Origin: Pavona decussata
Lineage: Eukaryota
Assembly (NCBI GenBank): GCA_977016875.1
Contig: CDRNST010000104.1
Location: forward strand, 1,550,001-1,614,000
DNA: 64,000 nucleotides
Direction of reading: 5' to 3'
Shown here: piece after piece, positions 49,872 through 61,544 of the stretch
Layout: each line of letters begins with the position of its first letter
Numbering within the stretch: position 1 is the stretch's first letter
Notes under the pieces: model-generated
Database searches by the model: none
The model's input: only the letters and a program-made list of their open reading frames with translations
Told to the model about the DNA's origin: nothing
Made by a program: the position numbers and the translations under genes

Positions 49872-52800
49872 TTAAAAAAATAGGCGATTATTAAAATGAA
49901 TGGCTCTTCCAAAGCGTGACTTTGCGCCAAGTAAAAATGTCGTGGAGCTTCCAATCTCTTCTTGTAAATAGTCTTCACTTCCGTTGCTGGCCCCTGCATC
50001 ATCCTCATCATTACTTTGGTCATATTCCGTGTCATCTCCCCTTTCATCGATTCTAGCTTCTTCTTCTTCTTCTTCTTCTTCTTCAGTTTCCTCGAAAGAG
50101 ACATTTATAGCCTGTTTGGCACTGATGCAGTGTCGTTGATACATGTACTCAGGTAGAGTGCCATGCTTGGCCATCGTCATCTCCTGGCGCACTGTCCGCT
50201 GTCGCACTGCGGCTCCATACGACGAGGCCCAATCTCGTATAACATCGCAATGTGCCTTTGACATCTCAACAACAGGAAGTGGCTTGATCGAAGGCACCTT
50301 CGAAAATGGAATGGACTCCTCCGGTTTTGGGTACCATGATTTTCTGCTTGTGTGGTAGTAAGCCGCCCAGTGGGTTACCCTTTTGACTGACTCTTTCATT
50401 GTAAGACCAAAAGAACGTGAATATTCCATCATAGACATGTTTGCCTGTTTGATGTGCACGGTGGAATGGCAATTTTCTACATCAAGTGTCATACAACTAA
50501 GGAGATTTGTTGCATCGTAATTGAATGGCTCTAACTTGCTGTACAATCTTTGTAGTCCCCATTCAACAAGTGCAACAGAGGCAACGGTCTTGGCGGAAAC
50601 GTGACCCTGAGGTCCATTAATTGCGCCTGTAATGCCAGTGCTTGTCCTGATATCGTTGGTGTTCCTATCTAGAAGTTCTTTGCATTGGTGGACAAGCGAA
50701 AGCGCTTCATCGGCAGACTTTACAGAGTAGCTTGCTCCTTTACAATGGACAGAAAAAGCGTCACAAAGCTGCCCAATGGAGTTAACAAATTCAGCGCACT
50801 CAACCATCTTCGTACAGATTTTGATATAATTCGTCTGGGCATCACAGATATGAATGACACTTTCTGACTCCGTGCAAATGCCTATTGGCTGTCGAAACCG
50901 ACAGTCCTTTACTTTGCCATCAACATTCCCTTCCTTTCTTTCGCTGCCGGCAAAAAGTTCTACCTCTTCATCTGTCTTGATCTTCCACACCAATGCGTGC
51001 TTTTGGTTACTGAACAGGATTTGTGAGCCAAACCTAGTCAACATGCAAGGTTCATCGTCCAGTTGAACGATAGTTTTACACTGTGCGCTATCAAAAGAAA
51101 CTTTACTGATCCCCTTGCAGTGCGATAAAAAGAGGCTTCCTTCACACAAACACATGCTGTAGATCTTTCGTCACAAATGGTCATACTTAATAACTTCTTG
51201 CATGTTTACCCCTCTCAGTCCGACGCCATCCTTTTGCACTTGAAAAGAGACAATGACTCAGACGTCCTTCCTTGCAGCGTAGATCAGCTCATCATCTCGC
51301 ATAGCATAGCTTCAAAGGAAGGCCGTCTTTCGAAATTCCAGAAATGAACTTCATCATTCTTTACGTTATTCTGATTGTATTTGGATTTGAGGGTTAAAGA
51401 GTAGCGATTCAGCCTTTCCTTTAATTCTGCAACAGTCCCCGTTGGCGTCAGCTTTAGTTTATTTGCAAGGTTGACGAAATCATCTTTTTTCTTTGGCTTG
51501 GTCAAGATGTTAATTGCCCCATCTGCAAACGGGATTGCTTTTATAGGCCCACCGTCAGATGTTAGGAAGATGATCACATCAGCACAGTGGAGATCCCTTG
51601 CTTTAAGTTGCTTCCCGATTGCTGTTATCTTGTCCACAGGACTATGCAGGCAAGCTTTGTGTAGCGTAGGGAAGGAACTCTTCACATCATATGACAGAAA
51701 TGCTATCCATCCGTACCACGGAATGGCAACACTTATTGGCGAAGGAAACATACCCAATTGGTTGTCGGCGGAATATTTGTCTAGCTCTGGGATGATTGTA
51801 TGACAGACGTAGCCAGCCTTTTTCAACTCATTGGTCAACTTAGTGTTGCTAAGAGTGGGAACGGAAGATGGGTCTTGTCTATCTTTATTCTTGACATGAT
51901 CGTTTTTGTGGATAAGCTTTCTGAAGGTTTTTTTTTGTTTTTTTGTATGAGCGGTTTCTCAAAGTACGTATCAAAGCCAAATTACGTTCGCCTTTACATT
52001 TCAGCCACCAGTTTGAAAAAGCAACTTTCATGCTTTTGCCAACATGTGGACAATCTGGCAATACAGACAAAAATCCAAGTTCAGGATCTTCGGTTCCGGC
52101 TTCTAATTTTTCTTAAAGTGTCTCAAGGGCAGCCTTGTTTCCGCTTTCGCAATCACTACAAAGTATTGCCACAACTCGACGACAACAAACAGTGTTTGCT
52201 TCCCGACATGCATCACAGAAGCACAACGAGGGTAAGTGGCTAACCTGTCCCAATAATGTGCATTCATCGCATACTCTTTTCGACTCGTAGCACTCTTCAC
52301 AAAAGCTATTGCAGTTAATTCTTTGGGAGGAGATAATATGACGAGTATGAGGCGCTTGTTGCTGGCATAATTCGCACGCTTGTAGAGTTTTTATGTGTTC
52401 TCTGAAAAGATCTGCCATAGCCTCGCCAGTTTTGCCACTTTGTGTGGTGTAATCAACTGCCACAGGAAGAGAACAAAAGTTATCCAGAGATGTCAAAGAA
52501 GAAACGATTGCTTCGGTAACAATATTTTCCTTGAGATACTCGGGAGAGGGTGATGGATTCTCGTGAATATCGACGGGTTTTTGAGACCAATGTTTTCCTT
52601 TAATCGAGGATCGAACTTAATAGCCGGTTTTAAAGCTGTCCCATCATTGGCAAGAGCACAAGGGATCACTATTAGCTCAGGTGTTTTGATCAACGGTTTA
52701 GCTTGTAAATTTTTTAATAGCTCTAGGTGGCCTAAAGATAGTGGCTTGATAACACCTGATTCTGGTGTGTATTCGTCCTGATACTTGGCACACACCGATT

Positions 52801-55800
52801 CCGAGGGCCCTCCAAGGTTCATTTTTTTATCTCAGATTCAAATGGCTATTTCGGCCATCTCCTAAGTTCATTGGCCCTCTGATGAAGCAGGTTGTGCGTT
52901 TGCCACCAAGGTAGGTGATTGTATTGAAAAATTCCACAACCTCTTGGGCATATTCGTGGAAAAGATTGTACATTATCTCCAACACATCATTCAGATATTT
53001 ATAAAAAATCCTTTCCTTTGATATCTTTCCTCGTTGAAGGAGGTCTTGTAACTTAACGCATACTGGATCCACCTGCTTGATGCCAATATGCACAGTGAAG
53101 AGGTCATCTTCGTCAATACTGTCATCCGACAGCATTTGGTCGACCTCAGTGCACGAGCAAACCCCCACAGAATCATCATCCATGTCTGAGTCAACGAGTT
53201 CCTCGTCAGTTCTGTCATCGTCCTCATAGGAATCCCATTCCCCTCCACTGGAGTCATATGTTCTAGACAAGAATAGTACAATTAAGGTTTTATTTTATCG
53301 TGTCAAGCAATTAAATACAGGACCATACAGTCGTAACAAAAACCAAAAGAATTAACTAAGGGTAATTTGGTCAATCAACAAAAATCGAAGATATTTCAAT
53401 GGCGTAATTGCCTTAAAGTCCTTAAACATAACCTAAAAAACCAACAACGGATTAAACGGCAAGTTTTACAATGAAACGTAAAATATCCATGAAATTACAA
53501 TATTTTGCCATGTCGTTCTATTTTTTCGATACATTTGAGCCGTTAGGAAAATACAGTGATGTGTTTGACAGACACAAAACTATGTTTACTTGTCACAATC
53601 ATCCAGATCTAGGTCCGAATCTCTCCTTGGCCTTTTGGTGTTTTCTCCTTCTCGTTAACTTTCTCTAGAGCTGTTCGTTTAGCCCCATGCATGTCCATCA
53701 GTTTCTGTTGACGCACAGTAGTTGCTGTTTTAGAGCTACACTTGGAGTAATGATCTATGACAACAAGAGACAAAATGAAAGAGGTTAGATAAAAATGTTT
53801 TTAACTCACCGCTTTATTGTTTTTCTACATTTCAACTATAATTATTAAAAGGTTATTTTATTACTACTTTTTGATAGTAAATGCCCACCTGACTCAGCTT
53901 CGTAAATATACATGGCAAATTTTTCGCCTGCATAATGACCATGAAGTTTTATAGAGTTAATAAATGGTTAAAAAAAGCGCAACTGCCGTATTCACGATTC
54001 TTTTTCGAGCCATGTATAGATAAAATAAAACCTATCAGGGGGGTCTTTTGCAACCTGTGTGGGACTTAATCTGGGATTACGTAACATAGCGTAAACAATC
54101 AGTAAAACTGAACTTACGTAGGTCAAAAAAGGCGATTCGTCCTTTCAGATCACTATCGTATCTCAGCTGTATATTGCGTTTGCAAGTGCCACACGTTATC
54201 TTCCATGGCCACTGTACTTCTTTGCCACTTTTCCCTCTTGTTTTCACAACTGCATGTTTGCCACATCTGATCAGTTTACTCCCGCATCTCTTGACCAATT
54301 CTAAACAGTTACGAGAAAGTGTTGATTGTCGAAATAAGCTATTTTCGATAGTATTACCCTCGATGCGATTTCTTTTGTTTTATTCCCCCAGGGCTCGGAG
54401 CCAAGCATGAATTTTTATATAATATATATGATATATTTCCACCATTACCTTCATTCAATTTTGTTTTTTCTTTCTCTGTGAGCTCCACTGGACCCATTGA
54501 AGGTGATATCGATGGTGTAGGCGTTAACGTCTTGCAGGAGCAGCTCTCCTTGATTTCAATTGTTGGACAGTTCTTGGAGAAAACAGTTTTAATAGAATAG
54601 ACAAAAACTGGAAGTGAGAAAAACAAAACAGGAAAAACATTCAGGCATTACAAAATTTATTATTCCTGCAGGTACAAAATCACTTGGTACAAAACTATAC
54701 AGCAACTTTTCGCTATTCCTATATTTTTAGATATACTCGCATATATTTCGCGCACCAGGTTGACAGGTGGGTTTTGTTGAACCCTGGCCGAGAAAAAGCG
54801 CTGTTGTAATAAAAAGGTGCACCCTCAAAGCAAAAAAGGAGTAACTTATGTTGAAATTTCTCTTTGCTTCTTAAAATTGTTGTTCCCTGTTTCAAATAAG
54901 AAAACCAACATAGACAGTGAAGCTCTACCTGCAACTAGACAATTTACGAGATCTAGTAGGACATCGAGAAGTAGTGCCATTACTTATATTCCTAACCGAA
55001 GCAGAACTCTTACTTATCAACGTTCATTTTTCATACGCGCGTGCCGCACATGGAATGTTCTTCCCACTGAGCTACGCACAAGTCACATCTCTTTAGCTTT
55101 ATTCAAAACTTTATTACTTCAATATTATAAAAAGGCTTTGAACTTGTACGACGCTGACGACATTAGAACTTGGAGAACAATCTGTCCTGTATAACACAGC
55201 GAGGTAACAGTCCTGTGTAACACAGCGAGGTCTCTCCTATGCCCGCCAACGTGCTGCTTCTAGCAATTTGGTCTCCCGCCTTGTCTCCTCTAGTTTTATG
55301 CTTACATATTAGTAGCTTTAGTTATTAAGCATTTTTTTTTTATATAAATAATTAACAAGGGATCCACTGTAATTGGCTACGCTGTAGTGGTCTCCCTGCC
55401 TAATTATTATATCTTTGTTTTTTTTTGTTTTTTTTTTGTTTCTATTGTTTGTTTCCATTCTGTTTGTATTTTAGTTAGGCGAAGCTAAATAAATAAATAA
55501 ATAAATAAAAAAAACCTGGTGTAAAAATTATCAGATCAAACATACTTCTTAACAGCATGAAAGAAATATGGTTAAACATACCTATTTAACAGGACCTCTA
55601 TGTTGTCTCCCAAGCCTAACCTTTTGGCTGTTTTCCGTATGCCAGAACGTTCGCTAAATTAAAAAGAACATATTTATGCCATTAGCATAACTGCAGCCTT
55701 ATATAACTAGCTCACTGCCTTCATAAGCTATTGACGGGGTTGACTGGTAAACAATCCTGAATAATGATACAACTCCCGGGTAGGGAAGGGTGGGATAGGA

Positions 55801-56794
55801 ATCGTCCAGTGTTTGGGTATGGGGGGAGGGGGTTTGAATTCCTGACCCTGTTAAGGCCAAAAATAACCTGAAAAGAGTACATTATTTTGGAAAATATCCT
55901 CCCCATAGGGCTTATAAATTATCTGGTCCTGAAAATGATTTCGTGTTGATTGATGACCTGCTAACCTGAATGACGAACCTCTCCAATTTTGTATTGCTCC
56001 AAAATACTAGACGATAGTGTTGTGCTATACCCTTTCTGAGACGTTTTCACACCCTGTTTAAGACACACTTGCTTGAATTATATACTCTATTCAGATCCTG
56101 TTCAGGGCAGAGAGGCCAAATTACATAAACCAGCGGCACGTCCCTGTGTTTACTTTTTAAACTCAGACCAGCCCGCGACTTATTTATTCTAGCCAAAACT
56201 AGTTTTCGCATTACCACGTTGGCTTGAAATTTTACTGTTTCTTTTTTTTTTTTTTTTTTCCTCGGTTATTTCTTTTTTAAATATATAAAAAAATACACAA
56301 GGGCAAGTGCAAAGAGCGGGAGAGTTCACTTTCCTTACCCCTCCCCCCGTCCCTCCCCCGTAGTCTCCCGTGGCCTGTTTATTTCCATTCACGCGCTTGA
56401 TATCAATAGCCATTTGACCCATTTGAGAAAGTAGACAAAAATAGTGATCTAAACAGTGTCTTAAAGGTCCCAGAAGATCAAACGACTGTGGAGTGAGCTT
56501 AGACCGATATTAGATTGACCTCCGTACGACCTTATACAGTTAAGACTAGCTACGATATTCAGATACAGAGACAATGCGTGTAACTTTCCAAATGCATTCT
56601 ACAAACTTCGCGAGTCTCTTTTCCTCCTTGTTTATGGAGCATCGAAATTTGTTTTTCCACCTATAGTTCTCTCCACCTTTGCCCTCCTCATAAAATAAAG
56701 CTACGCAATGAACTACGTATTCAGGATCGACAGGATCAGCTGCATCAGTCACGAGGTTTTCGCTCATCTTGCCTGATGGACCGGACGATGACAT
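49872..56794 (-). pseudogene. Spliced P-element/THAP9-like DDE transposase gene with a C2HC finger, Cys-rich insert, NHL repeats and SAP domain (frameshifted)
   Basis: Exons are about 56794-56583 (tentative), about 54575-54449, 54300-54118, 53754-53590 and 53262-49872. The last three introns have phase-compatible GT-AG junctions. Motifs: GGPSES..ESGVI..CALANDGTALKP..FD (D1), ILCSDCESGN (D2), PDCPHVGK (DxxH), TLDVENCHS (E), SAP-like LANKLKLTPTGTVAELKERL, NHL-like FAGSERKEGNVDG...FRQPIGIC. Confidence 0.8.
54905..55512 (+). mobile_element. 3' end of a CR1/L2-type LINE inserted in an intron of the 8-kb element
   Basis: RSRTLTYQRSFFIRACRTWNVLPTELR...FKTLL followed by an (AAAT)n/poly-A tail at 55487-55514. 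Confidence 0.75.
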
Positions 56795-58124
56795 GTGGTG
56801 ATCCGGGTCACGAAGGTCACGTTGCTTATCAAGTTACTTAATATAAATGAACAACAGGTGTAGGATTAGTGACGGGCAGCGTATTTAATATTAACTAGAG
56901 AGTATTAGAGAACCCTTAGCGTGTATTTTATTTCAAATCAAACATGATGGGGGCCAAATTTAGAACTGACAAGCATCAAAATGGAAACTGTGACACCGCA
57001 GACAATTTCGTTTCATCGAACACCGCAGACTTAAAGACGCAAACATCGCACACCGTGACGTTTAAGAATACCGCAACACCGCAAGCTGAGATTTTATTCA
57101 CCGCACAAAAAAATACCTAACACCGCAAATCCCCAATGTCCCCCTCTATAATCTTCGTGGGTTGTCCACATGCTCTTTTTTTGCCATCCTGGGGCAGCAC
57201 TTGCGCTTGCAGCAAGGGAAGACGCTTTACGTGTCCAGCAATAGTGTCCGTGTAACTGTTGAACCATAGCCCAGTTTTAACTTGGAACCGAATGAGAAGC
57301 CTGTATCTATCAGCGATGTGGTGTTATCTTCGCTTAACAGCCAAAATCTGTGATTTTTCACCAAACAGCTATGTGATGTGGAATATCTCTTTCAACACGC
57401 ATGTCCTGTCTCTGCCATTCAACTGAACCACATTTGGTGTACTGGAGATGGGCTTTAAGAGATTTTAAAGATAGTCTTTTTTCTTGGTACTCATTCGCCA
57501 TTTAAAAATCAATTTGTTTTACGGGTGCTTGGTGCAGTTTCGGCTCTGCGCTTGTCAGGAGCTTGTTTTTCTGGTCACCTTCCCGTCTCCTTCGGGCACC
57601 ATTTTTACAGCCACTGGAGTTCTCGTGCATGGACCAATGTCTTCCATGCTTTCGGATCTTACTTCCAGGTCCTGGATAAAGAAAGGTATGAAATCGTACT
57701 TTATTTCATATCACATACTTGTACATAAGGTACGAGTTTACGCTTTTTGTCTAAACATGCATATTAATACGTATAAAATTTAGATAATTTGATTGTCTGT
57801 CCCTAAACTTGTTTGCATGTTTTTGATAAGAGTAGTTATTGTAAATACTTATTGAAAGGCATTTAACTTCACAGCAAGATGGAGACAGTTGGTTCCAAAA
57901 AAATCTCATATTTTCAAATAATACAATCATAGAAGATACTTGCAAGTAATCTCTTTCATGTCATTAAACTAAACTATTGCCATTTTGCCATCAATGATAA
58001 ATGGCTCTTTTTTGGCTAGTTGTTTGTAATTAATTTTACCAAGTTGTCACTGTCATTGCAATTCTGCCTGGCTTTTCTAAGAATACCCTCCTTAAGCGTC
58101 ATCAATCTTGTTTCCACTCTCCAC

Positions 58125-58504
58125 ACTCCACAGGAAAAAAAAGCAGATTCCCATGTTGGTAATTCAGTGGGTTCTTATTGGGTTTTTAAAAATAATCCCA
58201 ATAAAAACCCAAACATTACATAAATTGGGAATGTGAGACTGTTCCCAAAGTCCATTTTGTTGGGTATTTAACTATATCCCAAAATTGGGAAATTACTTTC
58301 AGAAATGGGATTTCATTGGGAAACATAAAGAAATTACCACTTCTCCAAATTGGGAATTCAAATTGTTTTACATTGCGTTTTTAAAACTACCAATGAAACC
58401 CCAAACCTAACTTAAAATTGGAATTTAAGAATAACCCCAATTTCGATCTAACTTGTTTTGAATTATTGAATTCCTAATTTATTTGCAATCATCCCACTGC
58501 GGGG
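58125..58504. mobile_element. Non-autonomous element rich in ttggg/cccaa repeats (CACTA-like MITE)
   Basis: Dense ttgggaat/cccaaa motifs in both orientations, with imperfect ends ctccacag / ctgcgggg. Confidence 0.4.
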
Positions 58505-58552
58505 AGCTGTGATTTTCATCAAAAATGATTTTATTGGGATAACAATAACAAC

Positions 58553-58585
<33 letters not shown>

Positions 58586-59208
58586 TTGCGGATCAGAGAA
58601 AGAATATCAGGAGAGACTTGAGGTCTTGAAATGGCCTTCGCTTGAGTTACGAAGGAAGTTTATCTGCTTAGTGCAGATGTACAAGATTATTTTCGGACAC
58701 TGTGACATAGATCATCATATGTTTTTTGATTTTAATGTAGTAGTGAAAACGCGTAAGAACCATAATTTCAAGCTGAGACCTAAGAAGACACGTACAAATT
58801 ACTTTAAATTTTCATTTTTTAATCGCTACATAACAGACTAGAATAGTATTCCAACAAACGTTATGCATGCATCTTCATTTAGCAGTTTTAAATCCCTTCT
58901 TTTAGATCATTTGTGTCATTTGAATCAGGAGTAACTCGTTAGGTTAGCTTTGGGCCATTTGTAAATTTTACTTCACAATTCTTAGTATTAATTTTAGTAG
59001 GTAATTTAATTAAGTTAGTTTTTAGCCGCATTTAATATTTGTTTCATTTTTGTTTAGAATGTTTACATTTCTTTTTTGGAGAATATTCTTTGTATGAGAA
59101 TTTAGTTTCCCCCAATTATTCTCCCGTCATGCGCTTTTTATAACTTTTGTAATTTCATGTTTTTATTGTACATATACTAGTATGGCAAAGCATTGTTAAA
59201 CATTAAAC

Positions 59209-59241
<33 letters not shown>
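58586..59241 (+). mobile_element. 3' end of a CR1/L2-type LINE in an (AAT)n tract
   Basis: YQERLEVLKWPSLELRR...MYKII...FKFSFFNRYITD, with (AAT)n on both sides. Confidence 0.8.
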
Positions 59242-59242
<1 letters not shown>

Positions 59243-61544
59243 TATTTATGCAGGATGACCATTTCAGTTATAAAGACTGCTATCAAGATGGGTCCTGCGT
59301 TAAAAAGAAAAAAAAACGGGACTGGGTAATTTGTGAGTTGTGCAGTTGCGAGTTGCGGTTGCAAGTTGCCAAAACTAGAAAATGAAAATTTCTAGTGAAG
59401 ATAACGTTATATAAAAGTTAGGGATCGCAAGGAATGGACTTTTCAGAGAAAAGGGTACTTAAATCTTTTGTTGAGTTCAGTTTTAATATAAACCAAAGTT
59501 ACAAACAGAGAATAACCTTTTTGAGCAAAGGAAGTGTTAGGGATCAATGCCACTGTTTTATAAATCTCAGATAAGTTATAACATTGGACGAATCTGAGTA
59601 GTTTTCTTTTGGAATTTCTTGCAGGTAAATTTAGTAAAAACCCACAAGGCCACAAATTTGGGTTCTCGTACTTTTAGGGGTTCTTTTGAAAACTCCAGAC
59701 ATACAGGAGTTGCCCCAAAGAGTGCCTTATATTTTGATGTCGATGAAGGATCTAATTTCAGTTTTAACGAAATCCTCCAAATTAAAATGAAGATAAGATG
59801 CCAAATAAGTTTAATTCGCTAAGCCTACCAACACATTTTTACCGTGTTGGAATGGCAAGCGTAGAAACGAGATTCAAGCCAGTTTTGCCCGAGACTGGCA
59901 GTGTCAAATCATCGATATAGCGCTGAGGCCAGGCCAGGAAGAAGACGGTTTTTCTTGGACAAAGGCAGGCAGTGCCTGAAAGGGCCAATAATACGCAGGA
60001 AGTCTCTTTTCTCTGACCCTCTTTATCTGTAATATTGATAAAAGCCATTTTTTTTTACAAAAAATTGCAACTTTGATGCCTCCGCATTCCCGAATCCCTT
60101 TCCCAACATCCTGTATACCATTAATACTGAAATTATCCCTCCCGCACTATATCCAGTAACTTTATATTTTACCCGAAAATCTGGCAACCTTATAGCCCCC
60201 AATGGGGCCTCTTATTTTTTGTGAACAAAAAACTGCTAGTTCAACAGATGTTTTTCACATCTTCGGTTTGAATTGAAAGCGATTCACTAAGGATTTCTGA
60301 GAACAAATACTAATTCAGACCAACACGTTAAACAGTATATGATAGTCAACTTTAATAACTCAACAATTGAACTGGTAGACAATCAACTCCAAACGAGATA
60401 GGAGGAGAAAATCAAAACAGGTGATTGTCCTGTAAATGATGAAAATTGTATGTGCATGTAAGCGCCAATAACAAGGAAATGAAAACGTATGTAAATTCTA
60501 CCATAGTTCTTTAATTTACTTACAGTTTTCTGACACAACCCGTCATGAATAATCACAATGGTATGCCACCCCAGTATAGGCAATCAATAAAAGTTACTAA
60601 TTCTATATTTATATAGCTCTACTGCAAAAACTCATCGTTTATCAAAAAAACAGTTCATTAATTATGTTATGGAAATACTCATGGAATAAAGGAACGGGTT
60701 TGAAAACACAACAACTTTTGTTAGCTGACGAGCTAATTCTTTTCTAGGCACCCAAAATCAACAATTTACCTCGGCTTGTAAGGCAATATAACAGTTTTAG
60801 GTATGTGTAATACATGTAAACATATATTCGATAACTTAATAACAGTTCATCACCTCGGACATAATACAAAACTTGATTTACGCTGTCAGATCTGTAATAC
60901 TTGGTTTTACGAAGAGCAAAATGACATATTTGGATTAAACAAGACTTAAAATATAATAGTATAGTTTTGTTCACAATAAATATATTAATGCACTAAAACA
61001 ATAAGTGCTTTTGGCAATTGAAAGATCAGGATTGTAATGAGATTTCACTGTCTTTAAAAAAATGCTTTGGCGTGTTCTCCCTTTAAGAATTGAATTTCGT
61101 TAATATACTTATAGTTCGACCCAAATTCTTGTGACATTACCCTAATGGAAACTTATGATCCCTTCTTCAGTGTAACTGGAATGCCAATGGACATGACACG
61201 CTGCAGCTCTTCTTGATCCAAGACACAACTATCAGGCAAATGTTTAACCCGGTACACTCAACAAGATTTGTGTTTTTTGGCAGATGCTTCAGGCAGACAT
61301 CATTCAAGCAAAAGCGAAATTTAGTTAATGTGGAAATTTTTTTCCCTGGAGGGACAATTAAAGCTTCTACTAGTATATTGATCTCACCTAATTCGCCGAC
61401 GACCATCCGAGGAAGGGGAATAAGGGAATAAAGACCCCAAAACAACAAAACAAAGGACACAAAGAGCTCCGTTTGGCACAGAGAGAGGTTTATTTGAAGA
61501 AATAGGTACAAGAAAATAAAATAAACAAGTGAAAACAATCCTAT

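Larger units (their letters stand above)
49094..57146 (-). mobile_element. 8053-bp TIR DNA transposon encoding a P-like NHL/SAP transposase
   Basis: TIRs GAGGAGGACATTGGGG (49094-49109) and CCCCAATGTCCCCCTC (57131-57146) match at 15/16. TATAAT flanks both sides (49088-49093, 57147-57152). CACCGCA repeats lie at both ends, and one gene fills the interior. Confidence 0.85.

Noticed and set aside
49872-51155. Stand-alone host NHL-repeat (NHLRC2/teneurin-like) gene
   Set aside because: It continues upstream through frameshifts into transposase-like motifs and lies within TIR/TSD boundaries.
49094-57146. Classification as IS3EU, Polinton or Sola on the basis of the TSD or GAG termini
   Set aside because: There are no TAYGG ends, integrase-core, PolB or Sola-type transposase, and Sola TSDs are 4 bp. 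The encoded motifs are P-like. A hAT6-like shell remains an untested alternative.
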